A DNA stretch of 64,000 bases from an uncultured bacterium. Lineage in GTDB: Bacteria; Omnitrophota; Omnitrophia; Omnitrophales; Abzuiibacteriaceae. Where the stretch lies: the NCBI GenBank assembly GCA_964387845.1, contig CAYLXA010000013.1, forward strand, positions 25,521-89,520, read 5' to 3'. Shown in pieces: positions 45,641 through 54,759 of this stretch (its first letter is position 1; each line of letters begins with the position of its first letter). Position numbers and translations under genes: made by a program. The notes beneath the pieces are model-generated. The model made no database searches. It saw only the letters and a list, made by a program, of their open reading frames with translations, and had not been told where the DNA came from.

Positions 45641-46728
45641 TGAATTCAATCTTCCATAACCCTGAACTCTCCGATATCGCAGAAAAAGTCCGCAGCCAGA
45701 CGCGTCTTTCGTTCGAGGACGGTGTCCGGCTCTTCAAATCCAATGATCTTCCCTTGATTGGAAGATTGGCCCACGAAGTCAGAACGCGTCTTCACGGCAA
45801 AAAAGTTTTCTATTCCATAAACCTGCACATGAATCACACAAATGTTTGTACGGCCCGCTGTTTGTTTTGCGCGTTTGCGCGCAGGCCCCATGAAGAAGGC
45901 GGCTACACTTTTTCAGTCGAACAAATCAAAGATGCGGTCCGAAAAGCTGTTGAGCGCTACCACATTAATGAAGTTCATATTGTGGGCGGCTTAAATCCCG
46001 ATTTGGATTTCAATTATTACCTCGATCTTTTCCGGATGATTCACACGAATTGGCCGAATTTATTTATCAAAGCACTCACAGCGGTTGAGATCGATGACCT
46101 CGCCGTTAGGTTCAATATGAGCTGGGAAGATGTTTTGCAGCAACTCAAAGATGCCGGGTTAAGCGGGCTTCCGGGCGGGGGAGCCGAGATTTTCCAGGAA
46201 GAGCGGCGCAAACGGATTTGCGCGGATAAAACCACTTCCAAAAATTGGCTCGAAATTCACCGGATTGCGCACCGCCTCGGGCTTGATTCCAACTGTACGA
46301 TTCTCTACGGACATATTGAATCCATCGAAGACCGCGTGGATCACATTCTACGTTTACGCGCGCTTCAGGACGAAACAAGCGGCTTTAATTCATTCATTCC
46401 GCTCGCGTTTAACGCGGAAAATACGCCGATTGAGAAATTGGGCGAACCGGACGGCTTTACAGATTTAAAAATGTGTGCCATCGCGCGGCTTCTATTTGAT
46501 AATGTTCCGCACATCAAGCTGCACTGGACATCACTCGATTTAAAAATGGCATCCGTCGGCCTTTATTTTGGTGCCGATGATTTGGGCGGAACCAATATTA
46601 ATGAAAAAATCATGCACGATGCCGGTAACGAAACGCCGGTCGATATGACGGAAGAAAAATTTCGCGCGTTCATCGAAAAATCCGGTTTTGAGCCGGTTCT
46701 TGTGGATAGTTCTTATCAAACCGTTTAG
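45640..46728 (+). CDS. Radical SAM enzyme of the MqnE/MqnC/CofG/CofH family. It is probably a futalosine-pathway menaquinone synthase.
   Basis: The 362-aa protein has the CxxxCxFC cluster motif (CTARCLFCAF) and the family's TIM-barrel layout. The assignment within the family is uncertain. Confidence 0.65.
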   Translation: MNSIFHNPELSDIAEKVRSQTRLSFEDGVRLFKSNDLPLIGRLAHEVRTRLHGKKVFYSINLHMNHTNVCTARCLFCAFARRPHEEGGYTFSVEQIKDAVRKAVERYHINEVHIVGGLNPDLDFNYYLDLFRMIHTNWPNLFIKALTAVEIDDLAVRFNMSWEDVLQQLKDAGLSGLPGGGAEIFQEERRKRICADKTTSKNWLEIHRIAHRLGLDSNCTILYGHIESIEDRVDHILRLRALQDETSGFNSFIPLAFNAENTPIEKLGEPDGFTDLKMCAIARLLFDNVPHIKLHWTSLDLKMASVGLYFGADDLGGTNINEKIMHDAGNETPVDMTEEKFRAFIEKSGFEPVLVDSSYQTV

Positions 46729-46800
46729 GGCAAGTTGTAAGTGGTAAGTGATAAGTGTTAAGTTAATCAAATTACTTAGCACTTACAACTTAGCACTTAG
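46729..46800. repeat. Family T (TAAGT-heptad) palindromic element between the two radical SAM genes
   Basis: gttgtaagtggtaagtgataagtgttaagttaatcaaattacttagcacttacaacttagcacttagcac. Confidence 0.65.
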
Positions 46801-46812
46801 CACTGGAAAAAA

Positions 46813-47913
46813 ATGTGGTCTCAAATCGAATCAAAAATTAATTCTGGCGAAAGTCTGACGGAATTCGAAGCCCAGTGGCTTTTGGAGCGCGAGGAAGCTT
46901 CCGATTTAGAGCGTTTGTACTCTCTCGCCGGAAAGGTGAATGATCGGCTCAACGGAAATGTTGTGTCGTTCATCCACAACATGAACGTTAATTACACCAA
47001 TATTTGTGAATATCGCTGCACATTCTGTGAGTTTAAGAAGTCGCCAATCTCGAAAGACGCTTATATCCTCAGCTTTGACGATGTGAAGCACCGTTTGGAG
47101 CATGCCGACGGAAAAATCTCGGAAATTACCTATCAAGGCGGCCTTTCACCGGAAGTGACTTTCCATCAGGCGCTTGATTTGATGCACAAAATTAAAAGCG
47201 CTTATCCGCATATTCATTTTCACGCTTTTTCACCGGAAGAAATTGATTTTTATGCGGATGCAAACGGCCTGTCTTATCGCGAAACGATTCAGGAATGCCA
47301 AAAAGCCGGCATGGATTCGATGTGCGGAACGGCTGCCGAAGTTCTGGATGATGAAATCCGCCGGAAAATTTGCTGGGAGAAAATTTCGAGTGATGAATGG
47401 GTCGAAATTATCAAGACCGGCCACGAGCTCGGCATGAATTCCACAGCGACGATTCTTTTTGGCCATCTCGAAAAACCTGAAAATGTCGCACGTCATTTCA
47501 GACGGCTTCGTGATTTGCAGCGCGAAACGCGCGGGCTCACGGAATTTATCCCGCTTTTATTCATGCCGGACCGCACCAAACTCGGACGCGTTGTGGATCC
47601 GGAATTAGACAGAATTGAATATGCTTTCAAAATGATGGCTACGGCACGGCTTTATTTTATGAACGATATCCGCAATGTTCAAGTCAGCTGGGTCAAAATG
47701 GGATGGGAAAATGCGTTACTCGCTTTAAATCGCGGCGCCAACGACATGGGCGGAACACTTTACTACGAAAATATTACGCGTGAAGCCGGCGGCACGAACG
47801 GCGAATACACACCGGTTTCCAAATTTGTCTCCGAACTTTCCCGCATCGGCAAAATTCCCCAAGAGCGCGATACAACTTACTCCTTTCAAGAATCTTCTGC
47901 AATTACAAAGTAA
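46813..47913 (+). CDS. Second radical SAM enzyme of the MqnE/MqnC/CofG/CofH family, a paralog of the upstream gene
   Basis: The 366-aa protein has the cluster motif CEYRCTFCEF and the same domain layout as its neighbour. Confidence 0.65.
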   Translation: MWSQIESKINSGESLTEFEAQWLLEREEASDLERLYSLAGKVNDRLNGNVVSFIHNMNVNYTNICEYRCTFCEFKKSPISKDAYILSFDDVKHRLEHADGKISEITYQGGLSPEVTFHQALDLMHKIKSAYPHIHFHAFSPEEIDFYADANGLSYRETIQECQKAGMDSMCGTAAEVLDDEIRRKICWEKISSDEWVEIIKTGHELGMNSTATILFGHLEKPENVARHFRRLRDLQRETRGLTEFIPLLFMPDRTKLGRVVDPELDRIEYAFKMMATARLYFMNDIRNVQVSWVKMGWENALLALNRGANDMGGTLYYENITREAGGTNGEYTPVSKFVSELSRIGKIPQERDTTYSFQESSAITK

Positions 47914-47916
47914 AAT

Positions 47917-47950
47917 GGAGCTAGATTTAACCCAGCTCCATTTTTTAAAC
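47917..47950 (+). terminator. Putative intrinsic terminator after the radical SAM pair
   Basis: aatggagctagatttaacccagctccatttttt has an 8-9-bp stem followed by a T-run. Confidence 0.5.
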
Positions 47951-47984
47951 CTGGCACCTGTAGAACAGGCACCGATTTACCAAT

Positions 47985-48233
47985 TTAAATGCAGGGCGGA
48001 GGGCAAGCGCCACCACTATTACATTGTGCGCACAAATCTTTTGGATCTGCTCTTGTAATTGCGGGACATCCTTCTCTTGTGTAATCAAGTTCGAAAAAAT
48101 TTATTAGACCACATTTCAGCGGCCCTACAAACTCGGCTGCCATTAAAGTATTGGGTGCAATAATCAAACTGCCCATCAAAACTGGTAAAGCAACCAGCGC
48201 AATTACAACAATTCTTAAAGCAGTTTTTCTCAT
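47985..48233 (-). CDS. Small Cys-rich secreted or membrane protein (hypothetical)
   Basis: Counting from the internal Met it is 82 aa: MRKTALRIVVIALVALPVLMG, a signal-like helix, then a C-terminal CAQCNSGGACPPPC. Confidence 0.3.
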   Translation of the reverse strand: MRKTALRIVVIALVALPVLMGSLIIAPNTLMAAEFVGPLKCGLINFFELDYTREGCPAITRADPKDLCAQCNSGGACPPPCI

Positions 48234-48435
48234 TGTTATTTCCTCATTTCTTAAAGCTCGCGTAGTCAATGTCTTTCTAAAATCATTAACTTACTTAGCC
48301 AAAATTTAGCATTCAATTTTTTTTTGCAACCTATCGAGCTAAAATAGTTTGGGTCATCTAATTTTCCGGTTTCATTTAATGGATTGAGCGGTCGAACGGG
48401 AGCTTTTAAAAAGTGACGGTCGGGACTTTTTAAAA

Positions 48436-48476
48436 GTAGAGGCGGATCAGCGTATAGCGTATAGCGTATAGAAAGC
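48436..48476. repeat. GCGTATAG-type repeat (family R), a tandem 7-mer array
   Basis: gcggatcagcgtatagcgtatagcgtatagaaagcg. It is related to the elements at 52704 and 54094. Confidence 0.55.
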
Positions 48477-48521
48477 GTTTTGAGGTTAAATTTCATGACT
48501 TGACACTCGTTGAGTAGGGTG

Positions 48522-48546
48522 ATACATTGTATATACATTGTATACA
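48522..48546 (+). promoter_or_regulatory. Tandem TATAC-ATT-GTATA palindromes overlapping the -10/TSS of the TA operon. Candidate antitoxin operator.
   Basis: atacattgtatatacattgtataca lies just upstream of the RBS GGAGGG. A -35 TTGACA sits at 48500..48505. Confidence 0.5.
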
Positions 48547-48558
48547 AGGAGGGATCTT

Positions 48559-48786
48559 ATGGTTAAGCATTTAACCCAGCATGGCAACAGTGCGGCATTA
48601 ATCATTGAGAAGCCGGTACTCGAGCTTCTAAATATCACCTTTGAAACTCCTCTGGAAATTGCTACGGATGGCAAAAATTTGATTATTTCGCCTATTTCGA
48701 AAGCGATACGTGAAAAGCAATTTCAAAAGGCGCTTGCGAGTGTTAATAAACGCCACGCAAAAACTTTAAAGCGTCTCGCTCGTTAA
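48559..48786 (+). CDS. AbrB/SpoVT-type (Phd-like) antitoxin
   Basis: The 75-aa protein reads MVKHLTQHGNSAALIIEKPVLELL, a swapped-hairpin AbrB-like N-terminus. It sits immediately upstream of doc. Confidence 0.65.
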   Translation: MVKHLTQHGNSAALIIEKPVLELLNITFETPLEIATDGKNLIISPISKAIREKQFQKALASVNKRHAKTLKRLAR

Positions 48787-48792
48787 TTTCCG

Positions 48793-49188
48793 GTGAAGGC
48801 GCCCAATTTTCTAACACTTGCCGAAATTCTCGAAATCCATAAAAATCAAATTGAACTTTATGGCGGGGAGACCGGTATGCGTGATTTAGGTCTTCTCGAG
48901 TCAGCTATTAATCAGCCGGAAGCAAGTTTTGGCGGTGAATGGCTGCATAAAACTATTTTTGAAATGGCAGCTGCTTACGCTTTTCATATTGCCAAGAATC
49001 ATCCGTTTGTCGATGGAAATAAACGCGCGGCGCTTGCGAGCGCTCTTGTGTTTCTTGAACTAAACGGAATTTCTGTTCGAGATTCAAAGGGAAAGTTGTA
49101 TGATGTCATGATTAAGCTTACGACTTCTCAAATCTCAAAACAAGAATTTGGAAAAATTTTGAAAAAAATGGAAAAGAAAAGTAAATGA
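48793..49188 (+). CDS. doc: Doc (death-on-curing) toxin of the Fic family
   Basis: It has the Fic/Doc motif [11 protein letters not shown]. The protein is 131 aa, starts at a GTG and begins 6 nt after the antitoxin stop. Confidence 0.8.
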   Translation: MKAPNFLTLAEILEIHKNQIELYGGETGMRDLGLLESAINQPEASFGGEWLHKTIFEMAAAYAFHIAKNHPFVDGNKRAALASALVFLELNGISVRDSKGKLYDVMIKLTTSQISKQEFGKILKKMEKKSK

Positions 49189-50744
49189 ACAAAACTCCAC
49201 TCGCGGGCCAAACGATCGCGGAAGCCAAACATTCCGCGGAGGAAATCCAGAATTGTATCGATATCCTGAATCATCTGGTTGAAAATGCTTCGGAGTTTGC
49301 GCATTTATCAAAAGAACAAAGAATCGCACTTTTGAAAGCCTCGGGGCTGCTGTCGCATCCCAACAAGCATGAACTGAAAAACCGCTCTAAAAACTCGCTG
49401 AAACTTAAAAAACAAAGAATTGTCCGTTACGAACGAAGCGCACGCAAAGCCACCGGAATCCGAAGCGCCCGCGAAGCGTCGGTTTTTACGGCGCCGAAAC
49501 AAATTGCTGATCCGTCTCATTTGAAAAGTGTGGAGCTCGTGAATCCGAAGGATTGTTATGTGTGCAAAACCAAATATACAAAGCTTCACTTTTTTTACGA
49601 TGCGATGTGCCCAAGCTGCGCGGAATTTAATTACAATAAGCGTTTTCAAACCGCATCTTTGAAGGGACAAATCGCTTTAATTACGGGTTCGCGCCTTAAA
49701 ATCGGCTATCAATCATCACTCATGATGCTTCGGGCCGGTGCGCGCGTCATCGCGACCACGCGCTTTCCGGTCGATTCGGCGCTCCGGTATTCAAAAGAAG
49801 AGGATTTTGCGGATTGGAAAGACCGGCTTCATATCTATGGACTCGATCTTCGACACACGCCGAGTGTGGAGATTTTCTGCAATTACATTGAGCAAAAATA
49901 TCCGCGGCTTGATATTTTGATCAACAATGCGGCTCAAACGGTCCGCCGCCCGCCCGGATTTTATGCGCACATGCTTCCTAATGAATTACTTCAATTTCAG
50001 GATTTGCCTGAAAATGCGCGGTTACTTTTACAGTCGTTTGAGGAATGTAAACAGCAGATTTTACCTCGCCGGAATCCGGAACTTGCAAACGAAACGGTTC
50101 CCGCGGTCGGCTGGCACGGGAAAATGATCGGCATGGGGCTTGCAAAATCAGCCGAGCTTTCCCAAATTCCGTATGTGCACGACGATACTTTGGCGGTCGA
50201 GAAAATATTCCCCGTCGGAAAATTGGACGCCGACTTGCAGCAAATTGACCTGCGCGCAACCAATAGCTGGCGTCTTAAGTTGGGCGATATTGAAACTTCG
50301 GAAATGATCGAACTTCAACTTGTGAACGCTATCGCGCCTTTTGTGCTTTGTAACCGGCTTTCCAGAATAATGAAACGCGACAATACAGGAAGAAAACATA
50401 TTGTGAATGTTTCTGCGATGGAAGGGAAGTTTCACCGCTTCACAAAAACCGACCGGCATCCGCATACCAACATGGCGAAAGCAGCGCTCAACATGCTCAC
50501 GCACACTTCCGCGAGCGACCTTGCGACATACGGTATTTTTATGAACGCGGTCGACACGGGCTGGGTGACGGATGAGGACCCTTTTATGCTTTCCTTGCGC
50601 AAACAGGAAGAGCATGATTTTCAGCCGCCGCTCGATATTGTTGACGGCGCGGCGCGTGTTTGCGATCCATTTTTCGACGGTATTTTGACAGGCAAGCATT
50701 GGTGTGGTAAATTCCTCAAAGATTATTTTCCAGTCGACTGGTAA
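49185..50744 (+). CDS. SDR-family oxidoreductase with a ~170-aa N-terminal extension containing a CxxC...CxxC zinc-ribbon-like motif
   Basis: The 519-aa protein has a Rossmann motif [11 protein letters not shown] and an NNAAQ SDR motif. The N-terminal region has [22 protein letters not shown]. It overlaps the doc stop by 4 nt. Confidence 0.65.
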   Translation: MNKTPLAGQTIAEAKHSAEEIQNCIDILNHLVENASEFAHLSKEQRIALLKASGLLSHPNKHELKNRSKNSLKLKKQRIVRYERSARKATGIRSAREASVFTAPKQIADPSHLKSVELVNPKDCYVCKTKYTKLHFFYDAMCPSCAEFNYNKRFQTASLKGQIALITGSRLKIGYQSSLMMLRAGARVIATTRFPVDSALRYSKEEDFADWKDRLHIYGLDLRHTPSVEIFCNYIEQKYPRLDILINNAAQTVRRPPGFYAHMLPNELLQFQDLPENARLLLQSFEECKQQILPRRNPELANETVPAVGWHGKMIGMGLAKSAELSQIPYVHDDTLAVEKIFPVGKLDADLQQIDLRATNSWRLKLGDIETSEMIELQLVNAIAPFVLCNRLSRIMKRDNTGRKHIVNVSAMEGKFHRFTKTDRHPHTNMAKAALNMLTHTSASDLATYGIFMNAVDTGWVTDEDPFMLSLRKQEEHDFQPPLDIVDGAARVCDPFFDGILTGKHWCGKFLKDYFPVDW

Positions 50745-50897
50745 CCTGAGTCGGCTCGGCTAATTATTCATTTATAATCGTAAACAATTTATGGAAACCC
50801 TTGCGCTACTTAGCATAAGAATCAGGACAATTTTTAATGAAAGCGCAAGGGTGGTCATGATTTGATGGACATACAATCGGGCCAATTATAAGAAATC

Positions 50898-52706
50898 ATG
50901 ACCAAAGCACTATTACAAATTAAAGATATTCATAAAAGTTACGGGCCCACCGTGATTTTAGACGGCGCAAGCGCCACGCTTTCAACCGACCAGAAGATCG
51001 GCATGATCGGCCGGAATGGGGCGGGCAAGTCCACGCTCTGCAAAATTATCACGGGCCACGAGCAGGCCGACAGCGGTGAAATATCAAAAAGTGCCGACCT
51101 GAAACTCAGTTATCTGGAACAGCAGGACCCTTACAAGGAAGCAGAGACGGTTCTCGAGTTTTTAATGCGCTACACCGGCAAAGAAGAATGGCAATGCGGT
51201 GAAATGGCGCACCGGTTTCAAATCTCAAACGAGATGCTTGCTCATCCGATCAGCGCGCTTGCGGGCGGATACAGAACGCGCGTCAAGCTTGCGGCCATGC
51301 TTCTTAACGATCCAAACTTTTTAATTTTGGATGAACCGACGAACTATCTCGATCTCAGCACGCTGATTCTGCTCGAAAATTTCCTTCAGGATTTCCGAGG
51401 CGGATTTTTAATTGTGTCGCACGACCGCGAGTTTTTAAAGCGCACGTGTGAACATACACTCGAGGTTGAAGCCGGCGACCTGACGCTCTATCCGGGTTCC
51501 ATCGAGGAATATTTCACATTTAAAGAAGAACAGCGTGTCCAAAAAACAGCGCACAACAAATCTATTGAGAAAAAAAGAGAGCAGCTTCAGGCTTTCGTCG
51601 ATCGTTTCCGCGCGAAAGCCTCTACGGCGTCGCGGGCAAAATCCAAGCAAAAACAGATGGAAAAACTGAAAACCATCGAAATTGAACATCCGATGTCGAA
51701 TGTCAAAATCCGTGTGCCGCGCGTGGAGCGTAAATCAGGAATTGCGCTATTTTGCGATGACCTTGCGATCGGATATCCCGAGAAACTGGTGGCCAACAAA
51801 ATTCACATGGATGTTGACCGGGGCGCGCATGTGGCGGTTTTGGGCGATAACGGGCAGGGAAAAACTACTTTTTTGAGGACAATTGCGAATGATTTGGCAC
51901 TGAAAGGCGGAAAATTCCGATGGGGAACCGGGCTCGATATCGGCTATTACGCTCAGCACGTATTTGGCACGCTGAACGGCGAGGAAGAGATTTTTAATTA
52001 CCTGCAGCGCCACGCAACTGACGGCGTTTTGACTCAGGATATTCTCGACATGGCAGGGAGTTTCTTATTTAAAGGAAACGACGTCCGCAAACAAATCAAG
52101 GTCCTGAGCGGCGGCGAACGCGCGCGGCTTGTGTTGGCCGGACTTTTACTCACGAAGTGCCATGTATTGCTTTTGGACGAACCGACCAACCATCTGGATT
52201 TTGAAACTGTCGAAGCTTTAGGGAGAGCGCTTCGGGAATTTGCGGGCACGCTATTCTTTATCAGTCACGACCGGACATTTGTGAATTTGGTCGCGACCGA
52301 GATTATTGAAGTCAAAAATGGCTGCGTAAAAAAATATCCCGGCACATATGAAGATTATGTTTATCATTTGGAACAGGAAGCCCAAGGCATCCAGCAGAAA
52401 GAAAATAAATTACACGAACTTCATGTGAAAGAGCATAGCAAAAAATCGGAAGAGAAAAAAGAAACTGCTCCCAAAAATAATCCGGAAATTGCAAAACAAA
52501 AAGACAAGATCAAGAAATCAGAAAACCGGCTGAAGCAATTTACGGTTGAGAAGGAAAAGATTCTCGAAGAAATGCGTGCCAATCCGTTTCATTTTTCTAA
52601 AGATAGAAATAAGCGCTTAAAAGATTTAGAGGTTTTGATCGAAAATGAAGAAACAGATTGGCTGAAGTTTCAATCTGAACTCGAAGCTTTTAAATCTAGC
52701 GGATAG
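50898..52706 (+). CDS. ABC-F family ATPase (Uup-like; tandem ABC domains plus a C-terminal coiled coil)
   Basis: The 602-aa protein has two Walker A motifs (GRNGAGKST and GDNGQGKTT), two LSGGxR signatures, no TM domain and a Lys/Glu-rich C-terminal coiled coil. Confidence 0.85.
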   Translation: MTKALLQIKDIHKSYGPTVILDGASATLSTDQKIGMIGRNGAGKSTLCKIITGHEQADSGEISKSADLKLSYLEQQDPYKEAETVLEFLMRYTGKEEWQCGEMAHRFQISNEMLAHPISALAGGYRTRVKLAAMLLNDPNFLILDEPTNYLDLSTLILLENFLQDFRGGFLIVSHDREFLKRTCEHTLEVEAGDLTLYPGSIEEYFTFKEEQRVQKTAHNKSIEKKREQLQAFVDRFRAKASTASRAKSKQKQMEKLKTIEIEHPMSNVKIRVPRVERKSGIALFCDDLAIGYPEKLVANKIHMDVDRGAHVAVLGDNGQGKTTFLRTIANDLALKGGKFRWGTGLDIGYYAQHVFGTLNGEEEIFNYLQRHATDGVLTQDILDMAGSFLFKGNDVRKQIKVLSGGERARLVLAGLLLTKCHVLLLDEPTNHLDFETVEALGRALREFAGTLFFISHDRTFVNLVATEIIEVKNGCVKKYPGTYEDYVYHLEQEAQGIQQKENKLHELHVKEHSKKSEEKKETAPKNNPEIAKQKDKIKKSENRLKQFTVEKEKILEEMRANPFHFSKDRNKRLKDLEVLIENEETDWLKFQSELEAFKSSG

Positions 52707-52786
52707 CGTTTAGGGGATAGAGCCGAATAACGTTTTGGGATTTCTATACGCTACCCGCTCTACGCTAAACGCTATTTTTTATGTTC
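52704..52786. repeat. Family R palindromic element between convergent ABC-F and queF. Possible terminator for ABC-F.
   Basis: tagcggatagcgtttagggg...ctatacgctacccgctctacgctaaacgctatttttt. The inverted arms atagcgtttag / ctaaacgctat are followed by a T6 run. The element overlaps the last codons of queF. Confidence 0.45.
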
Positions 52787-53125
52787 TGCGGTAACTACAG
52801 TGTGGATCCCGCCTCGCACAAAAAAATCACCGACGACTTTCATGCTGCGTGGCTTTGTGGCTTTCACAAGATCATCTAAAATTTTGTTGGTGACCGCTTC
52901 GTGAAAAGCGCCTTCGTTGCGATAGGACCAAAGGTATAACTTGAGCGATTTTAATTCCACGCAAAACTTGTCCGGCACATATTCAATCCGAATTGTTGCA
53001 AAGTCCGGCTGGCCGGTTTTAGGGCAAACACAGGTGAATTCCGGGCATTCGAAATTAATCACATAATCCCTTTCAGGATTTGGATTTGCGAATGTCTCCA
53101 GGTTTTTTGAAGGTTTCGAAGGCAT
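52772..53125 (-). CDS. queF: NADPH-dependent 7-cyano-7-deazaguanine reductase
   Basis: The 117-aa type I QueF has the Cys motif [16 protein letters not shown] and the E(S/L)K(S/L)(K/Y)(L/Y)(Y/W) motif. Confidence 0.85.
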   Translation of the reverse strand: MPSKPSKNLETFANPNPERDYVINFECPEFTCVCPKTGQPDFATIRIEYVPDKFCVELKSLKLYLWSYRNEGAFHEAVTNKILDDLVKATKPRSMKVVGDFFVRGGIHTVVTAEHKK

Positions 53126-53190
53126 GCGGTACTATATCAAATCGCCTTCATTTTTTCCATGCTTTGTGTTAATTTGATCGCAGGCAAAGC

Positions 53191-53225
53191 AGGGGTCAGT
53201 TCTCAACATTCAAGAACTGACCCCT
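53191..53225. other. Perfect 13-bp stem-loop in the queF/greA divergent region
   Basis: aggggtcagttct caacattca agaactgacccct. No T-run follows on either strand. Confidence 0.6.
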
Positions 53226-53259
53226 CTGTGACGTAAACCAAATTATTCAACAAAGGTCA

Positions 53260-53739
53260 ATGAAAATGGGCGAAGTAGTTTTATTTACACCGGAAGGTTA
53301 TGAAAAGTTAAAGGCAGAACTCAAATACTTAAAGGAAGTAAAGCGTGTCGAAGTTGCCAATCAGCTTGAGGTAGCGCGGGCGCACGGTGATTTGCGGGAA
53401 AACGCAGATTATGACGCAGCGAAAAATGCCAAATCCCATTTGGAAGGCCAGATAGCCAGGCTTGAAGAGAAGCTGATCAACGCAAAAGTGGTTGATGCCA
53501 AAGACGCACCGACAGACAAAATCTACTTTGGAACTTCCGCGGAACTAATGAATCACAAAACCAAGCAAAAGGTTGTGTTTTCATTTGTTGCGCAAGATGA
53601 AGCGGATATTGCAAAAAATAAAATCTCAATTAGTTCACCTATCGGAAAAGCGCTTTTAGGCCATGCGCCCGGCGAAAAAGTGAATGTCACGGTACCGGCC
53701 GGCGTTATTACATTCGAAATCCTTAAAATTTGGCGGTGA
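53260..53739 (+). CDS. greA: Transcription elongation factor GreA
   Basis: The 159-aa protein has the N-terminal coiled-coil motif AHGDLRENADYDAAK and a C-terminal FKBP-like domain. Confidence 0.85.
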   Translation: MKMGEVVLFTPEGYEKLKAELKYLKEVKRVEVANQLEVARAHGDLRENADYDAAKNAKSHLEGQIARLEEKLINAKVVDAKDAPTDKIYFGTSAELMNHKTKQKVVFSFVAQDEADIAKNKISISSPIGKALLGHAPGEKVNVTVPAGVITFEILKIWR

Positions 53740-53740
53740 A

Positions 53741-54091
53741 ATGAATCACAAATTACCAACCCTTCTCTTTCTTTCCGTCTTTTTATTGTCATTTGCTTCG
53801 CCTTCTTCCGCTATTCCTCCCCAAGTTGAAAAATTAAAACGCGGTGCTTGCAACATGATTTTAGGCGGTGTTGAAGTTCCGAAATATATGATCATCGAAG
53901 CGGCCAACGCCGAAAAGCCCCGATGGGCATCTTTGCGCGGTGTTTTCTATGGTTCGTTTAAAGGTGCAATTAAAGGCACTAAGCGGATTTTATCAGGCGC
54001 TTATGATGTACTTACATTTCCCATCAACTACCCAGATCATTATTCTTCGTTGGTTTCTCCCGATTATTTCACGTTTTCGGATATTGATTAA
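53741..54091 (+). CDS. Small secreted protein with a signal peptide (hypothetical)
   Basis: The 116-aa protein starts at the internal Met MNHKLPTLLFLSVFLLSFASPSSA. It carries two RG-containing Gly-rich motifs (KRGACNMILGG and LRGVFYGSFKG) and starts 2 nt after the greA stop. Confidence 0.5.
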   Translation: MNHKLPTLLFLSVFLLSFASPSSAIPPQVEKLKRGACNMILGGVEVPKYMIIEAANAEKPRWASLRGVFYGSFKGAIKGTKRILSGAYDVLTFPINYPDHYSSLVSPDYFTFSDID

Positions 54092-54093
54092 CA

Positions 54094-54172
54094 GCGTATA
54101 GTGTTTAGCGGATAGCATATAGGAATGATCAGAAAAATGGTTTTTTCTATCCACTCTACGCTATCCGCTAGC
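54094..54172. repeat. Family R palindromic element upstream of the pilin operon
   Basis: agcgtatagtgtttagcggatagcatatagg...ctatccactctacgctatccgcta has 11-bp perfect outer arms, tagcggatagc / gctatccgcta. Confidence 0.55.
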
Positions 54173-54240
54173 CAAAATTTGAACATTTCTCCCGCCCATG
54201 TTAACTTTTGATTAATAGAAGTCGTACTTAATGAATGATT

Positions 54241-54750
54241 ATGAAAACTCAATGTTCCAAAAAGGGCTTTACGTTGGCCGAAGTTTTGATCACGATCGCG
54301 CTGCTCGGCATTCTTGCTGCAATGGTGTTGCCACGTTTGACGGGGCAAACTGATAAGGCTAGAGCTGCTGAGGCGATTAATATGCTTGGTGCTATCCGAC
54401 AGGCCGAGATTTCTTACCGAAATGGTCCTGCAGGTGAATATCTTGGAATTCTTAACACAACTGACGGCGGCTGGTCTTGTGCGGATCCGGCTCTTTGGGC
54501 ACGTTTGGGCATTGGTGATCCAAATGGAAATCCCAATTCTTTATTTGGGTATTGTATAGACTGGACAGATGATCCTACTAGCGGTCCGGTTATATTTCGA
54601 GCAGTTGCGAGACGACTTAGTGCTGCAAATGCTGACGATGAAGTGATTACTTTAAATCAAGATGGAATTTGGGATGGTAATAGTCCCCATGTTCCTCAAA
54701 ATGAAGGTGGAGCAGATTGCGAGTCTAACTGGTTTCCTTGTTGGCCGTAG
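54241..54750 (+). CDS. Type IV pilin or pseudopilin (prepilin-type N-terminus)
   Basis: It has a class III signal, KKGF-TLAEVLITIALLGILAA, with F+1 and E+5 and a variable C-terminal domain. The start is set at MKTQ. Confidence 0.75.
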   Translation: MKTQCSKKGFTLAEVLITIALLGILAAMVLPRLTGQTDKARAAEAINMLGAIRQAEISYRNGPAGEYLGILNTTDGGWSCADPALWARLGIGDPNGNPNSLFGYCIDWTDDPTSGPVIFRAVARRLSAANADDEVITLNQDGIWDGNSPHVPQNEGGADCESNWFPCWP

Positions 54751-54759
54751 GATTTAAAT

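Noticed and set aside
50778-50846. cccttgcgct...agcgcaaggg 10-bp inverted repeat upstream of the ABC-F gene
   Set aside because: The 34-nt loop is long and there is no T-run, so the function is unclear. It was noted only.
53126-53200. preQ1 riboswitch upstream of queF
   Set aside because: The minus-strand leader has an A-run (ggaaaaaatgaagg), but I found no P1 stem or UUCNAGC...CCC core resembling preQ1-I or preQ1-II.
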